Below are positions 17,847-28,488 of a stretch of DNA of 64,000 bases, in pieces. The stretch comes from Candidatus Micrarchaeia archaeon (GTDB lineage Archaea > Micrarchaeota > Micrarchaeia > CABMEP01). The notes beneath the pieces are model-generated. The model was not told the DNA's origin. It did not search any database and worked only from the letters and a program-made list of their open reading frames with translations. The stretch spans positions 100,954-164,953 of the forward strand of contig JAVZXS010000001.1 in NCBI GenBank assembly GCA_038886535.1. Direction: 5' to 3'. Position numbers and translations under genes: made by a program. Each line of letters begins with the position of its first letter. Position 1 is the first letter of the stretch.

Positions 17847-18617
17847 ATGGCATTTCTTCATATCGCTATAGAGGGAATATCTGGAAGTGGAAAAACAGAC
17901 TTAGGATCTCTTTTAGAAAAACCCCCACTTGTATTCTCATTTACAAGAGGAATTGAATTTCCAGGAGGAGTACCAGAAGTTAAATTTTTTAGGGAAAGAG
18001 CGGATCAAAATCCTTTCTTGAAGGATTTTTATGAAAGCGGCATGAAAGAATCTTTTGCTTATGCTTCTCAGATGTTTTATCTAAATGCAAGATTTGTGAC
18101 AAATATGAATATTAAGTCATATCCAGGTATAGCTCTTGAAGACAGGTCAATTTATGGAGATTTTTTATTTGCTAAGAATCTTTATGAAATGGGAAAATTA
18201 AGCAAAGAAGCATTTAATGAGTATTGCAGACACAGAGACTCAATAATGAAAATATATGGAATTAAAGAGCCAGATGGAATAATATTTTTAGACATAAATG
18301 TAGATACTTGCTTAAACGAAAGGCTAAAAAAGAGAAAGACTGGAGAAGCATTGGATTATGAATATTGGGGAAGATTAATAAACGAATATAGACAGGAATT
18401 TCGTAGTCTTTCAGAAAAGATACCTACAATATGGATAGATGCAAATACTGATTTCCTTAAGAATGAGAACTATGTTAGAAATGTCACAAGAAAGGCGAAT
18501 AATCTCCTCAAGAGGATAATAGAAAAAAGAAAGAGAGAACAGAGTATAGTGCAGGAAAAGCTTCCATTAGATATTAAAAAGCCTATTTCTACAGCAGTTC
18601 AGAAGCCACTTCTCTGA
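17847..18617 (+). CDS. Deoxynucleoside kinase family protein 3
   Basis: EGISGSGKT, PFLKDFY, SQMFYLNAR, DRSIYGD, PDGIIFLD. Confidence 0.85.
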   Translation: MAFLHIAIEGISGSGKTDLGSLLEKPPLVFSFTRGIEFPGGVPEVKFFRERADQNPFLKDFYESGMKESFAYASQMFYLNARFVTNMNIKSYPGIALEDRSIYGDFLFAKNLYEMGKLSKEAFNEYCRHRDSIMKIYGIKEPDGIIFLDINVDTCLNERLKKRKTGEALDYEYWGRLINEYRQEFRSLSEKIPTIWIDANTDFLKNENYVRNVTRKANNLLKRIIEKRKREQSIVQEKLPLDIKKPISTAVQKPLL

Positions 18618-18679
18618 TTTATAATAAAAAACATATTAAATTAATCGCTTTTATCTATCGGTTTTCTTTTTATATTCTT

Positions 18680-19894
18680 TTATAAAGCCTGTGCTATAAT
18701 CAAATATGCCAAAAGCAAAACAGTTGCCAAAAATGAATATTTCAAAGTCTTTTTACCTACCTCTCTATTCAGCAAGAATGCGGCTGCTGTAGATGTTGCA
18801 AAGCTTCCAATTATCGCTGCTGCTATTGAGAGAAGGAGCTCTTTTTGACTTATAGCAGTATATACACTTCCCAAGGAAAGCATAGTATATCCACTGCTTA
18901 TTGTTGAAGCAATGAATGAAACGATTGGTAGAAATTGAGGGAAGTTCTGTGCGCTTAATTGGAACAAGATCAATGCAGCTATCAAGAAAAGAGTTGCATA
19001 TACACTGTTTATTACAGTTATTGGTTTTTCTATAGTGTATTTTTTCTTTTTAGACGTTCTTTCCTTTAAAACAAGCAAAATAAGCATGCCAGCTATAAGA
19101 GCGAACAAGGGAAGAACTTTATCTATCATGTCATTCATCACTATCACTACCAGCAGACTATTTCTAAGGATACTTCCAAGCATTGCAGCGATTACACCTT
19201 CGCTACTTATTCCCTGCTTTGTTTTATTTAATTGGTAGATAGAATAAGTTGAGTTTATTATTCCTCCAATAAAACCAGTTACAGTTATATTTTCTCTTCT
19301 AAAGATCCTGTAAGCTAAGAATGCAAATAAATTCAATAGTGTTACAATCAGAAGGAATGCAAACACTAGAAATAGATCCAAACTTATTCCATAGATCTCA
19401 ATAGGTTTTGGTGGTAATATTGGAAAGAGGATAAAAAGTATTATTCCTATCTGGATTAACTCACTTATTTCTTCATCTGTCAAAAGTTCAGCCGTTTTTT
19501 CTAATTTTTTTCCAATAGCAAGCGTTCCAACAATTAAAAAAGCAGCTGCAGTAGCTTCCCATACAAGTCCGCTTCCCACCATCAAACCAGAAAGAAAAAG
19601 AATTGGCATTAGATAAGAACTGATTTTGTCTGTTCCATTTTTCTTTTCTGCATTTTTTAGCAAATCATATGTGAGGGCAAGCACCATTATAAATCCAAGC
19701 ATTGGAAAGAACTCAGCGAACGGAATTTCAAAGAGAATAGACATTGCACTTATACAGCCAAAAATAGCTGAGAAAGAAAACATCTTTATATCTATTTGGT
19801 TTTTTGTTGTTCTCTTTCTTTCTAATCCAATTAGAGCTCCAATTGCAGCTGCAATGATTAACCTTGCTATTGCTTCATAAGTGGTTATAAGCAT
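18680..19894 (-). CDS. MgtC/SapB family plus DUF4010-like polytopic membrane protein
   Basis: IGALIGLERK MgtC motif, LPPKP, GFIGGIINST, many TM helices. Confidence 0.8.
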   Translation of the reverse strand: MLITTYEAIARLIIAAAIGALIGLERKRTTKNQIDIKMFSFSAIFGCISAMSILFEIPFAEFFPMLGFIMVLALTYDLLKNAEKKNGTDKISSYLMPILFLSGLMVGSGLVWEATAAAFLIVGTLAIGKKLEKTAELLTDEEISELIQIGIILFILFPILPPKPIEIYGISLDLFLVFAFLLIVTLLNLFAFLAYRIFRRENITVTGFIGGIINSTYSIYQLNKTKQGISSEGVIAAMLGSILRNSLLVVIVMNDMIDKVLPLFALIAGMLILLVLKERTSKKKKYTIEKPITVINSVYATLFLIAALILFQLSAQNFPQFLPIVSFIASTISSGYTMLSLGSVYTAISQKELLLSIAAAIIGSFATSTAAAFLLNREVGKKTLKYSFLATVLLLAYLIIAQAL

Positions 19895-19917
19895 CCAATC
19901 TGCCTCTTAAACATCTA

Positions 19918-20673
19918 TCATTTTTTGTTTATTCTTTTAACTATCTCTTGGCAAAGCTTCTTTGGATCGTCACTATTTTCTAATATTGTTCCAATTTGTA
20001 TAATATCTGCGCCAGCATTAACAACATTTTCAGCTTCCTCAGGAGTTTTTATTCCACCTGCAATTATAAGTGGAATATTTATTGTCTTCTTTACCATCGA
20101 TATCATTTCAAGGGGAACATGCCCTACTTTAGATGCTGATCCAACATCCATAAGTATGAATTTTGATCCAAGATATTCACCAGCTAGCGCTAATGCAGCT
20201 CCTATCTTAGGTCTGTCACGAGGCACAAGATTAACATCTCCCACCCAACCTACAGAACCACCTGGTTCAACAACAATATATCCAATGGATAATGGTTCTA
20301 TTCCCATCTGTTTTATAACTGGGGACGCAAGCATCTGTGCCTGGCTTATCCAATAAGGATTTCTGGAATTGAGAAGAGACATGAAATATACTGCATCTGC
20401 ATATTTAGTTAGGGTTGCAATGTTTCCTGGGAACAATACAACAGGAACCTTTACTTTTTCCTTAATCTTCTTTACAACCATATCTAGAAGCTCTCCTTGA
20501 ACTCCTATTGAACCACCTACAAGTATCACTGCTGCCCCTCCTTCTGCTGCAGCAATAGCTGTTTTTATTGCATGTTCTATATCTTTATAATCCAGTGGAT
20601 CTATCAATGCAAACAGAAGTTTCTCTTTTTTGTTTAATCTCTCTTTGATGTATTTTTCAACTTCATATTTCAT
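19918..20673 (-). CDS. Geranylgeranylglyceryl phosphate synthase (GGGPS/PcrB family)
   Basis: ALIDP, LVGGS, LFPGN, SLLNSRNPYWI, GYIVVEPGG, GGIKTPE. Confidence 0.92.
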   Translation of the reverse strand: MKYEVEKYIKERLNKKEKLLFALIDPLDYKDIEHAIKTAIAAAEGGAAVILVGGSIGVQGELLDMVVKKIKEKVKVPVVLFPGNIATLTKYADAVYFMSLLNSRNPYWISQAQMLASPVIKQMGIEPLSIGYIVVEPGGSVGWVGDVNLVPRDRPKIGAALALAGEYLGSKFILMDVGSASKVGHVPLEMISMVKKTINIPLIIAGGIKTPEEAENVVNAGADIIQIGTILENSDDPKKLCQEIVKRINKK

Positions 20674-21678
20674 TTAAATTACCTCCGATTCTTTATAATT
20701 CTCTTTTTCTAATTCATCTTTTTTTGCTTTTTCTATCTTATTAGTATTTTTAGATTTATAAATGTCTACTATTTCTTTAATCCCCTGCATTAAAGGTATT
20801 ACAGGTGTCCAACCAAGTGCCTTGCTTGCTCTTTCTGTATCAAAAACCCTGTGAGAAGCTAATACATTTATGTCTTCGCTACTTATAGAAGAACCAATTG
20901 TAAAGATCTTTCCAATAATTGGCGGGATTCTCAATGGAGAATATTTCTTTCCAAGTAATTCTGCAACATAAGAATATATTCTTTCTTGAGTCATTGTTCT
21001 ATTCTCCACTATGTTGAATGTTGCGTTGCTTATGTTTGATCTAGATGCAAGTATTATTGCCTCAGCAACATCTTCTGCATGTACAAATGGTATTACATTT
21101 TTTCCATCTCCAAAAATAGGCATCGTCCCTTTATCTATCATCTTTACTACTCTTGCATATGTCTTGTAATATGTTTTGCCGTACATAACGCCAATTCTTA
21201 GAATTATGTAAGGAAATGAGCCATAGTAAGAATTAATAACTCTTTCAGCTTCCAGTTTTGATTTCGCATATAAATCAGTTGGATTTGTAGGGGTCTTTTC
21301 AGTTACAGGATTCTCTAAAGGCTTTTTTCCATATACTCCAGTTGTGCTTGCAAATATTAGTTTCTTGTTGAATTTTGCACATGCCTCTGCAACTGTTTTA
21401 GTTCCTTTTATATTCACCTTTTCGAGAATTTCCCAATTTCCACTGTAATCTATAATTCCAGCAAGATGAACCACAACATCTGATTTCGCAACTCCTTTCT
21501 CTATCGCATTTCTATCATTTATATCTCCCACTATGATCTCCACATCCTTCATAGGTGGAAGTTTTCTTTTCTCTTCTTCATTTGCCACCAGCAATATCAA
21601 ATTTTGATGTCGCTCATATAGCTTCTTTGTCAAAACAATTCCAAGCCTTCCACTTGCTCCAGTTATAAAATAATACAT
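20674..21678 (-). CDS. NAD-dependent epimerase/dehydratase (extended SDR)
   Basis: ITGASGRLG, VVHLAG, ASTTGVYG, YAKSK motif, FVHAEDVA. Confidence 0.9.
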   Translation of the reverse strand: MYYFITGASGRLGIVLTKKLYERHQNLILLVANEEEKRKLPPMKDVEIIVGDINDRNAIEKGVAKSDVVVHLAGIIDYSGNWEILEKVNIKGTKTVAEACAKFNKKLIFASTTGVYGKKPLENPVTEKTPTNPTDLYAKSKLEAERVINSYYGSFPYIILRIGVMYGKTYYKTYARVVKMIDKGTMPIFGDGKNVIPFVHAEDVAEAIILASRSNISNATFNIVENRTMTQERIYSYVAELLGKKYSPLRIPPIIGKIFTIGSSISSEDINVLASHRVFDTERASKALGWTPVIPLMQGIKEIVDIYKSKNTNKIEKAKKDELEKENYKESEVI

Positions 21679-21806
21679 CTAATCACGCTAAATAAGCTTA
21701 TAAGAAAACATTAATTATTTGATACTTAGATTTAATATCTTTTTCCTTCTATAATTCTAATAATAAACACAAAATCTCACTTATTTCAAGTTATAAAGAT
21801 GATTAT

Positions 21807-23582
21807 ATGCCACTCAGACAACCAATAGTTTCAGTTTTAGGTCATGTAGATCACGGAAAAACGAGCATTCTTGATAGCATTCGTTCAACTACAATGGCAT
21901 CAAGAGAAGCAGGGGCAATAACTCAGCATATAGGTGCAAGTGAGGTACCCGTTTCTGTTATAAAGGAAAAATGCAGTCCTCTTTCAAAGTTCATGAAAAT
22001 CAATCTTACTATTCCTGGATTACTTTTCATAGATACCCCAGGTCATGCTGCATTCACAAATCTAAGAAAAAGAGGGGGAAGTATAGCTGACATTGCAATA
22101 CTTGTGGTAGATATAGCTCAAGGATTTCAACCACAGACAATAGAAGCGCTTGAGATATTAAAGGAGTATAAGACTCCATTCGTAGTGGCTGCAAACAAGA
22201 TAGACTTGATAACTGGTTGGAGGACCAAAGAAAAGTCATGTTTTCTTGAATCTTTACCTTCTCAAAGATATGAAGTACAGAATGAATTAGATTCAAAGAT
22301 TTATGAGCTAGTGGGAGAGCTTTCAAAGTTCAACATACAATCCGATAGATTTGATCGCATAACAGATTTTACTAAAACAGTAGCAATAGTACCAGTAAGT
22401 GCAAAAACGCAGGAAGGAATTCCAGAGCTTCTTATGATGATTTCAGGGCTTGCACAGAAATTTCTTGAATCACAACTTGAATCAAAATTTGGTCCTGGAA
22501 AGTGCAGCATAATGGAAGTAAAATTTGAGAAAGGTCTTGGAGTAACAGCAGACGTTATACTATATGAAGGAGTAATAAGAAAAGGAGATGAAATAATATT
22601 TGCAACAAAGAGCGGAATAAAAACAACAAAAATAAGAGGTCTTCTTAAGCCAAAACCTTTGATGGAGATGAGAGATGTCAAAGAGGCATCAGATAGATTT
22701 ACTTATGTAGATGAAGTTTATGCAGCTTCTGGAATAAAGATATTTGCACCAGATCTTGAAGATGCATTACCTGGTTCATCTCTTTATGTAGTCGGAAAGG
22801 ATTCAGATCTAGGAAAAATAAAGGCTGAATTAGAAGAGGAGCTAAAAGAGATTCTCATAAAGACTGAAAATGTAGGAATGATAGTAAGAGCAGATACGCT
22901 TGGTTCTCTGGAGGCAATAATAAAACTTCTTGAATCCGACAAAACCATAGAAGCAAAGATAAGGAAAGCCGATGTCGGTCCAGTTACTAAGGCCGATGTT
23001 CTCGAGGCATATTCTGTAAGGCAACAAGACAGATATTCAGGAGTCATTCTTGCTTTTAACGTGTCTGTTGATCCTGAACTTGAAATAGAGTGTCAGCAGA
23101 AAGGAATCGGAATTATAAAGTCAAACATAATATATTCTCTTCTTGATCAGCTCAAGCTTTGGAAAGAAGAAGAAAGAAAAAGAGAGCAGCAGGAGGCAGT
23201 TTCACAATATACATTTCCTGCTAAGATTAGATTTATACCTGGATATGCATTTAGGTCAAGCAAGCCTGCCATATTTGGAATAGAGGTTCTGATTGGAAGA
23301 ATAAAGCAAGGAGATACATTGATAAAAGAAGATGGAACAGAGATAGGAACAATCAAGAGTATCCAGGTTGAAAAACAAAGCAAGACAGAACTTAAAGAAA
23401 AGGAACAGGCAGCAATTTCAATGGATGAGCCAACCATAGGAAGGCATATATTTGAAGGAGAAGTGTATTATACAAAGGTACCATTGAAAGATGCTCTTAT
23501 TCTAAGAGATAAATACAAGTCACTATTGACAGGTCAGGAGCTAGATCTTTTGGATTTGATAATTAAGCTTACAAGAAAGTAA
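21807..23582 (+). CDS. infB: Translation initiation factor aIF5B (IF-2)
   Basis: LRQPIVSVLGHVDHGKT, TQHIGA, DTPGHAAF, NKID, FRSSKPAIFG. Confidence 0.97.
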   Translation: MPLRQPIVSVLGHVDHGKTSILDSIRSTTMASREAGAITQHIGASEVPVSVIKEKCSPLSKFMKINLTIPGLLFIDTPGHAAFTNLRKRGGSIADIAILVVDIAQGFQPQTIEALEILKEYKTPFVVAANKIDLITGWRTKEKSCFLESLPSQRYEVQNELDSKIYELVGELSKFNIQSDRFDRITDFTKTVAIVPVSAKTQEGIPELLMMISGLAQKFLESQLESKFGPGKCSIMEVKFEKGLGVTADVILYEGVIRKGDEIIFATKSGIKTTKIRGLLKPKPLMEMRDVKEASDRFTYVDEVYAASGIKIFAPDLEDALPGSSLYVVGKDSDLGKIKAELEEELKEILIKTENVGMIVRADTLGSLEAIIKLLESDKTIEAKIRKADVGPVTKADVLEAYSVRQQDRYSGVILAFNVSVDPELEIECQQKGIGIIKSNIIYSLLDQLKLWKEEERKREQQEAVSQYTFPAKIRFIPGYAFRSSKPAIFGIEVLIGRIKQGDTLIKEDGTEIGTIKSIQVEKQSKTELKEKEQAAISMDEPTIGRHIFEGEVYYTKVPLKDALILRDKYKSLLTGQELDLLDLIIKLTRK

Positions 23583-23628
23583 TTCTTTAAACAGAAAGAA
23601 TTAATATATTAAAAGACACCAAATAAAG

Positions 23629-23832
23629 TCATTCTACTACGAATGCAACTTTACATACTATTCTATATTCTTCTATTTCTCCTTTTTTATTACAATGAAC
23701 TTTTTGATCTACTATATGAATTCCAGTTATTCCTCTTATAGTTTTCGATGCTCTTTTAACAACCTGTCTTAATGCATCATCGAACGATTTGTTTGATGTT
23801 CCGATCAATTCCACCACTTTCAATACAGCCAT
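23629..23832 (-). CDS. Dodecin (flavin-binding protein)
   Basis: KVVELIGTSNKSFDDA..ASKTIRGI..EYRIVCKVAF. Confidence 0.88.
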   Translation of the reverse strand: MAVLKVVELIGTSNKSFDDALRQVVKRASKTIRGITGIHIVDQKVHCNKKGEIEEYRIVCKVAFVVE

Positions 23833-23930
23833 TCATTCACCCCGCTCATACTGCAAATGCTTATTTAAACAACATTACAATAGTATTGCTTAAACGCTCA
23901 GTTATAAAAGTTTTGCGTATAAATATAATT

Positions 23931-25157
23931 ATGTCAAAAAATGCCATTGATTCTAAAAAGTTGATTTCTAAAATTCATTTCATTTCAGAGAGAATATCAG
24001 ATCTACCTCATTCTATTTTTTCTAAGTTCATAGGACTTAAAGGAAAGAATATAATATCTTTAGGCCCTGGAGAGCCAGACTTCGAAACTCCTAAGCATAT
24101 CAAGGAAGCAGCAAAAAAGGCATTAGATGATAACTATACTCATTATGCTCCTACTGAAGGGTATCCTGATCTTTTAGAAGAAATTGGAAAGAAACTGAGG
24201 AGAAAAAACAACATAAAGCTGGATGATCCAACAAAACAGATATGCGTAACTGCAGGTTCAACAGAATCTTTACTTCTTTCTATGCTATGCTCTTTTGATT
24301 CTACTGAAAAAGTTTTGATTCCAAATCCTGGCTTTGCAACATATGGTCCTACTTTAGAAACAGTGGATGTAGTTCCCGTTCCATATTATCTTTTTGAAGA
24401 CGATGGCTTTGAATTGAATTTAGATGATATAAAAAAGAAAATAACTCCAAAAACTAAAGGAATAATAATAAATTCTCCATCAAATCCAACTGGATCAGTA
24501 TTCTCAAAATCAAAACTCGAAGAACTTGCAGATATTGCAGTTGAACATAATCTTACGATAATAAGCGACGAAGCGTATGAAGATTTAGTTTTTAACGGAA
24601 AGAAACATTTTTCAATAGCTTCTCTTAATGGAATGGAAGAGTATGTACTTTCAAATTTCACGTTTTCAAAATCATATGCAATGGCAGGATTTAGAATAGG
24701 CTACGTTGTAGGTCACGAAAAACTAATATCTCAAATGTCTAAAATTCATCTTTATACATCAGTTTCAGCCTCTTCTATCTCACAACGCGCAGCATTAGCA
24801 GCTCTTAAAGGACCGCAAAGTTGTATAAAAGAAATGGTAACGGAGTATGATAGAAGAAGGAAGTTCATAGTTAAAAGAATAAATGAAATAAAAGGTTTCG
24901 AGCTTAAGAAAATTCCAGAGGGTGCATTTTATATATTTCCAAAAATCAGATTTGATGAATTAGAAAAATATCCGTATAAAGATGGTTCTTCTGAGAAGTT
25001 CTCTCTATGGTTACTTGACAAAATAAAGGTTATTACAATACCTGGCATAGAATTTGGTTATAATGGAGAAGGATTCATAAGAATAAGCTATGCAACAAAT
25101 CTCAAAATGATAGAAGAAGCAATGGATAGATTTGAGAAGTTATTGGGTTCAAAGTAG
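23931..25157 (+). CDS. PLP-dependent aminotransferase class I/II (AspC-like)
   Basis: GPGEPDF, HYAP, NSPSNPTG, SDEAY, TFSKSYAMAGFRIG, GEGFIRISYA; start trimmed to ATG 23931. Confidence 0.92.
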   Translation: MSKNAIDSKKLISKIHFISERISDLPHSIFSKFIGLKGKNIISLGPGEPDFETPKHIKEAAKKALDDNYTHYAPTEGYPDLLEEIGKKLRRKNNIKLDDPTKQICVTAGSTESLLLSMLCSFDSTEKVLIPNPGFATYGPTLETVDVVPVPYYLFEDDGFELNLDDIKKKITPKTKGIIINSPSNPTGSVFSKSKLEELADIAVEHNLTIISDEAYEDLVFNGKKHFSIASLNGMEEYVLSNFTFSKSYAMAGFRIGYVVGHEKLISQMSKIHLYTSVSASSISQRAALAALKGPQSCIKEMVTEYDRRRKFIVKRINEIKGFELKKIPEGAFYIFPKIRFDELEKYPYKDGSSEKFSLWLLDKIKVITIPGIEFGYNGEGFIRISYATNLKMIEEAMDRFEKLLGSK

Positions 25158-25212
25158 TTGTAAATTTTAATATAGAATTTATATAATTGTAATTTAAGAT
25201 TAGGGTGAAATC

Positions 25213-26043
25213 ATGGTAAAGGAGTTACTAAAAAAAATTAAATTAGGGAAAAGTAAGAATAATTCAAAGAAGAAGCAACATAAGATAAAACATATCATAA
25301 AGAATATAAGAGAGAAGATTTCTTCAAAAATACCAAAGATAAAGAATCTAAAAGAGAAAAAGATTTTAAACCAAATAAAACTAAGCAAAGGCATTTCACC
25401 AAAGCAATTTGAAGTAATAACCCCAGATGGCGTTGATATAAAACTAAACTTTTATGATACTCCAAACACTGACAAAGGAATAATACTCCTTCCAGTTTTA
25501 GGGAAGACTAAAGAATCAATGGATGGTTTGGCTCAATTTGTATGCAAATTAGGATATAAAGCAGTAGCAGTAGATTATAGAGGACATGGCGGTAGTGCAT
25601 TGAATTGGCAATCTTTCAGATCTAAAGACTTTGCAAACATGGTTTATGATGCAAAAGCAGCGAAAGAATTTCTTGCAGCTCACAAAACAAAAACAATAGG
25701 TATAATTGGAGCAAGTATAGGTGCAAATGTAGCATTGAATTATTTGGCAATGGATCCACAGATAAAAACTGCAATACTTCTTTCTCCAGGTATAGATTAC
25801 AGGGGAGTTAAAATAGATTACTCCATCCCAGACATAAAAGTGCCAATTTTTATTTTTGCTAGCAAAGGAGATCAATATTCTTTTGTAAGTACCCAGCACA
25901 TCCAGAAGTTATGTGGATCACCAAATATATGTGTTGATTTTTTGGATGGAGAGATGCACGGTATGGAGTTGCTTTCAGATAGAAAAACAAGAAACTACAT
26001 CTTAAACAAGATTGAAGCATGGTTAAAACAATATGTAAGATGA
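25213..26043 (+). CDS. Alpha/beta hydrolase with Lys-rich N-terminal extension
   Basis: VDYRGHG, nucleophile elbow GASIG, SKGD, HG triad motifs. Confidence 0.85.
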   Translation: MVKELLKKIKLGKSKNNSKKKQHKIKHIIKNIREKISSKIPKIKNLKEKKILNQIKLSKGISPKQFEVITPDGVDIKLNFYDTPNTDKGIILLPVLGKTKESMDGLAQFVCKLGYKAVAVDYRGHGGSALNWQSFRSKDFANMVYDAKAAKEFLAAHKTKTIGIIGASIGANVALNYLAMDPQIKTAILLSPGIDYRGVKIDYSIPDIKVPIFIFASKGDQYSFVSTQHIQKLCGSPNICVDFLDGEMHGMELLSDRKTRNYILNKIEAWLKQYVR

Positions 26044-26077
26044 CACAACATATAATCAAAAGATTGATAGCAATAAA

Positions 26078-26986
26078 TCATCTTATTTTATGCTTTCTTG
26101 CATACATATAAAGGAATTGTTGTGCCAGTCCTGCATTTCCATTCCATTTATGGATTGCAAATTCTCTAATATCTTTATCTGTTATTTTATCTGTTTTTCT
26201 TCCCTTTTTTTCAAGATAATTTTTTATCTCTTTTTTATACAACTTCTTCATAATCCTACCTATCCATACATCTATCGGAAATGCCTCCCCTTTTCCATAG
26301 CCAAACAACAAAATGCAGTCTGCAACCTTTTCTCCTACACCTGGCAATCTAGTTAATCTTTCTTTTCCAGCTTTATATTCTTCCTTTTCGATTTCTTTAA
26401 ACCACTTTTCAGAAGTTCTTTTTGCTATTTCATGCAAGTATTTATCTCTAAATCCAAGACCACATTTTCTTAGCTTATACAAATCAGATTTTCTTATATC
26501 TTTTATAGATGGAAATAGATATAGTCGTTGTTCTTTGTTTATTTCTGTTCCATGCGTTTCCTTTATCTTTTCAACAATTTTTTCTATTCTAGGAATATTT
26601 GAAAAACTACTGCACACAAATGTAGCAGTACAGTACCACGGTTCTTGTCTGATGATTCTAAGTCCTTTGAATTCTTTTATTGCGTTTTTTAGTATTCTAT
26701 CTTTGGAAAGTTCAACATAAATATCTTTGATTTTTTTTGAAGGAATGTCTAATGTGAAATATTTCTTTATCTTCTTTTTAATATCTCTATCTTTTCCATA
26801 TAATAGTTCAAATTCTAATCTGTTTGATTTTTGCCTTAACTTTACAAAATTGCCATAAATCTCACCAATCCACCATTCATTCATTCTTTTCCATCCAAAA
26901 ACCTGTCCACTATTCAGCGTCACGTTTAAATCAAATAGTTCTACCGGGATACTTCCTTTCTTTAAAATTCGAGATCTAATGGACAT
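26078..26986 (-). CDS. 8-oxoguanine DNA glycosylase (OGG1-like, HhH-GPD)
   Basis: TLNSGQVF, GLRIIRQEPW, GLGFRDKY, LPGVGEKVADCILLF, FPIDVW, AQQFLY. Confidence 0.9.
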   Translation of the reverse strand: MSIRSRILKKGSIPVELFDLNVTLNSGQVFGWKRMNEWWIGEIYGNFVKLRQKSNRLEFELLYGKDRDIKKKIKKYFTLDIPSKKIKDIYVELSKDRILKNAIKEFKGLRIIRQEPWYCTATFVCSSFSNIPRIEKIVEKIKETHGTEINKEQRLYLFPSIKDIRKSDLYKLRKCGLGFRDKYLHEIAKRTSEKWFKEIEKEEYKAGKERLTRLPGVGEKVADCILLFGYGKGEAFPIDVWIGRIMKKLYKKEIKNYLEKKGRKTDKITDKDIREFAIHKWNGNAGLAQQFLYMYARKHKIR

Positions 26987-27057
26987 ATCTACACCGTATT
27001 ATTAGATACATAACTTGAGAGAGGAACATATAAAATCATTTACATAGATATATCTGC

Positions 27058-28440
27058 ATGCTTAGTTATATACTTTACGCCAAAAAGTTGGAAAAAAATG
27101 TATTTCATTTTGCTATAACCTCAAAAGGAAACGCAATTATAAAAACAAATAAAGAGTTGTCCCCAGGATCTTGGTTTGATATATCAGGAGAAGTAGTAAA
27201 AATAGATGAAGATACGGTCGAAATTCACCCAAATAAGATTGAGATTGTCCAAAAACCAGAGAAAAATGAGATGAAATCGATTCTCAATTTCATAAAAGAA
27301 AAATCAAAGCCAAAAAGTACTAGATTCTTTTTCGAAAATCAAGATATGGAGATGTTGTCATCTTCTATTCATAGTGCTGCTAAATATATAAAAGAGGCTT
27401 GCGTACTTAAAAGACCGATAATAATAAGATATGATACAGATCAAGATGGTCTGACAGGAGCTGTTTCTCTTTTTTATGCATTAAAAGATTATTATAATAT
27501 AAAATTTATACCTCAACAATTTCCATTTTATAATAGGTTAGATTTTGAAGAAGACAAACGATATATAGAAAATTTAGAGGCAAAACATCTTCCTCCAGTA
27601 TTGATAACTGTTGATTTTGGATTCAATCCTGAAAGTGAAGAAGCTTATAGGCTTGCCAAAGACTATGGATTCTCAATTCTTGTTATAGATCACCATCCAC
27701 CACAAAAACCATCTATAAAAGAATTATTTGAAGAGATTGTTTCCCCATGGCTATTTAATATAAAAAATCCATCTTCATATACCGCAGGATTATTGGCAAC
27801 AGAAATAGCAAAGAAGATAGGAAATATTAATGAGAAAACAGCTGACAAACTAATTAGAATCTCTTTAACTGCAGATAGAAGTAAGATATACAATCCAACA
27901 AAATCTGATCTGAAAAATTCAGAAGCGGTGGGTTATTTCATTGGTACTTCTGCATACGAAAATAATATCACGCAATATGCAAAGGCGATAGAAGATGAAG
28001 AAATGTTGGATTTTGCCTATGCACAATCTCAGGAAAAAATTCAGACCTTCCTAGAAAAAGCAAAGAACACTACTAAGTCAAAAACAATAAATGGAATAAC
28101 TTTTTTCTTTGTTGATGTTACAAAGTATATAAAGAAAGGTTCATACCCAAATAAAGGTTTAGCAGCAAACATTATGGCAGATTTATTAGGAAATAGAAAA
28201 ACCCCAACAGTTACAATCGTTTATACTGGAAGGAATATTAGTTTCAGATTGAATCAGGCAGCGCTTGAATTTGGATTAGACCTTTCAAAAGCAATTTCGA
28301 AATTGAAAAGTGAAATGCTTCATGGTATAGAATCTGGTGGAGGACATAAGGCAGCAGCCGCACTTAGATTAAACCAAGGGTATCTTAAAGAGGCGCTTGA
28401 TAAAATCGTACACTACATAGCAGAACAAAATCCAAAATAA
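27058..28440 (+). CDS. RecJ-like DHH/DHHA1 phosphoesterase
   Basis: DTDQDG, VDFG, IDHH, GGGHKAAAA. Confidence 0.85.
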   Translation: MLSYILYAKKLEKNVFHFAITSKGNAIIKTNKELSPGSWFDISGEVVKIDEDTVEIHPNKIEIVQKPEKNEMKSILNFIKEKSKPKSTRFFFENQDMEMLSSSIHSAAKYIKEACVLKRPIIIRYDTDQDGLTGAVSLFYALKDYYNIKFIPQQFPFYNRLDFEEDKRYIENLEAKHLPPVLITVDFGFNPESEEAYRLAKDYGFSILVIDHHPPQKPSIKELFEEIVSPWLFNIKNPSSYTAGLLATEIAKKIGNINEKTADKLIRISLTADRSKIYNPTKSDLKNSEAVGYFIGTSAYENNITQYAKAIEDEEMLDFAYAQSQEKIQTFLEKAKNTTKSKTINGITFFFVDVTKYIKKGSYPNKGLAANIMADLLGNRKTPTVTIVYTGRNISFRLNQAALEFGLDLSKAISKLKSEMLHGIESGGGHKAAAALRLNQGYLKEALDKIVHYIAEQNPK

Positions 28441-28488
28441 TCTCTAAAAAGATAAATTAAAAACTTTATTTAGCTTATATTTATTGAA

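Noticed and set aside
23629-23832. Functional link between dodecin and the RibB-like gene (flavin module)
   Set aside because: They are about 9 kb apart with unrelated genes between, and the RibB homolog looks catalytically altered.
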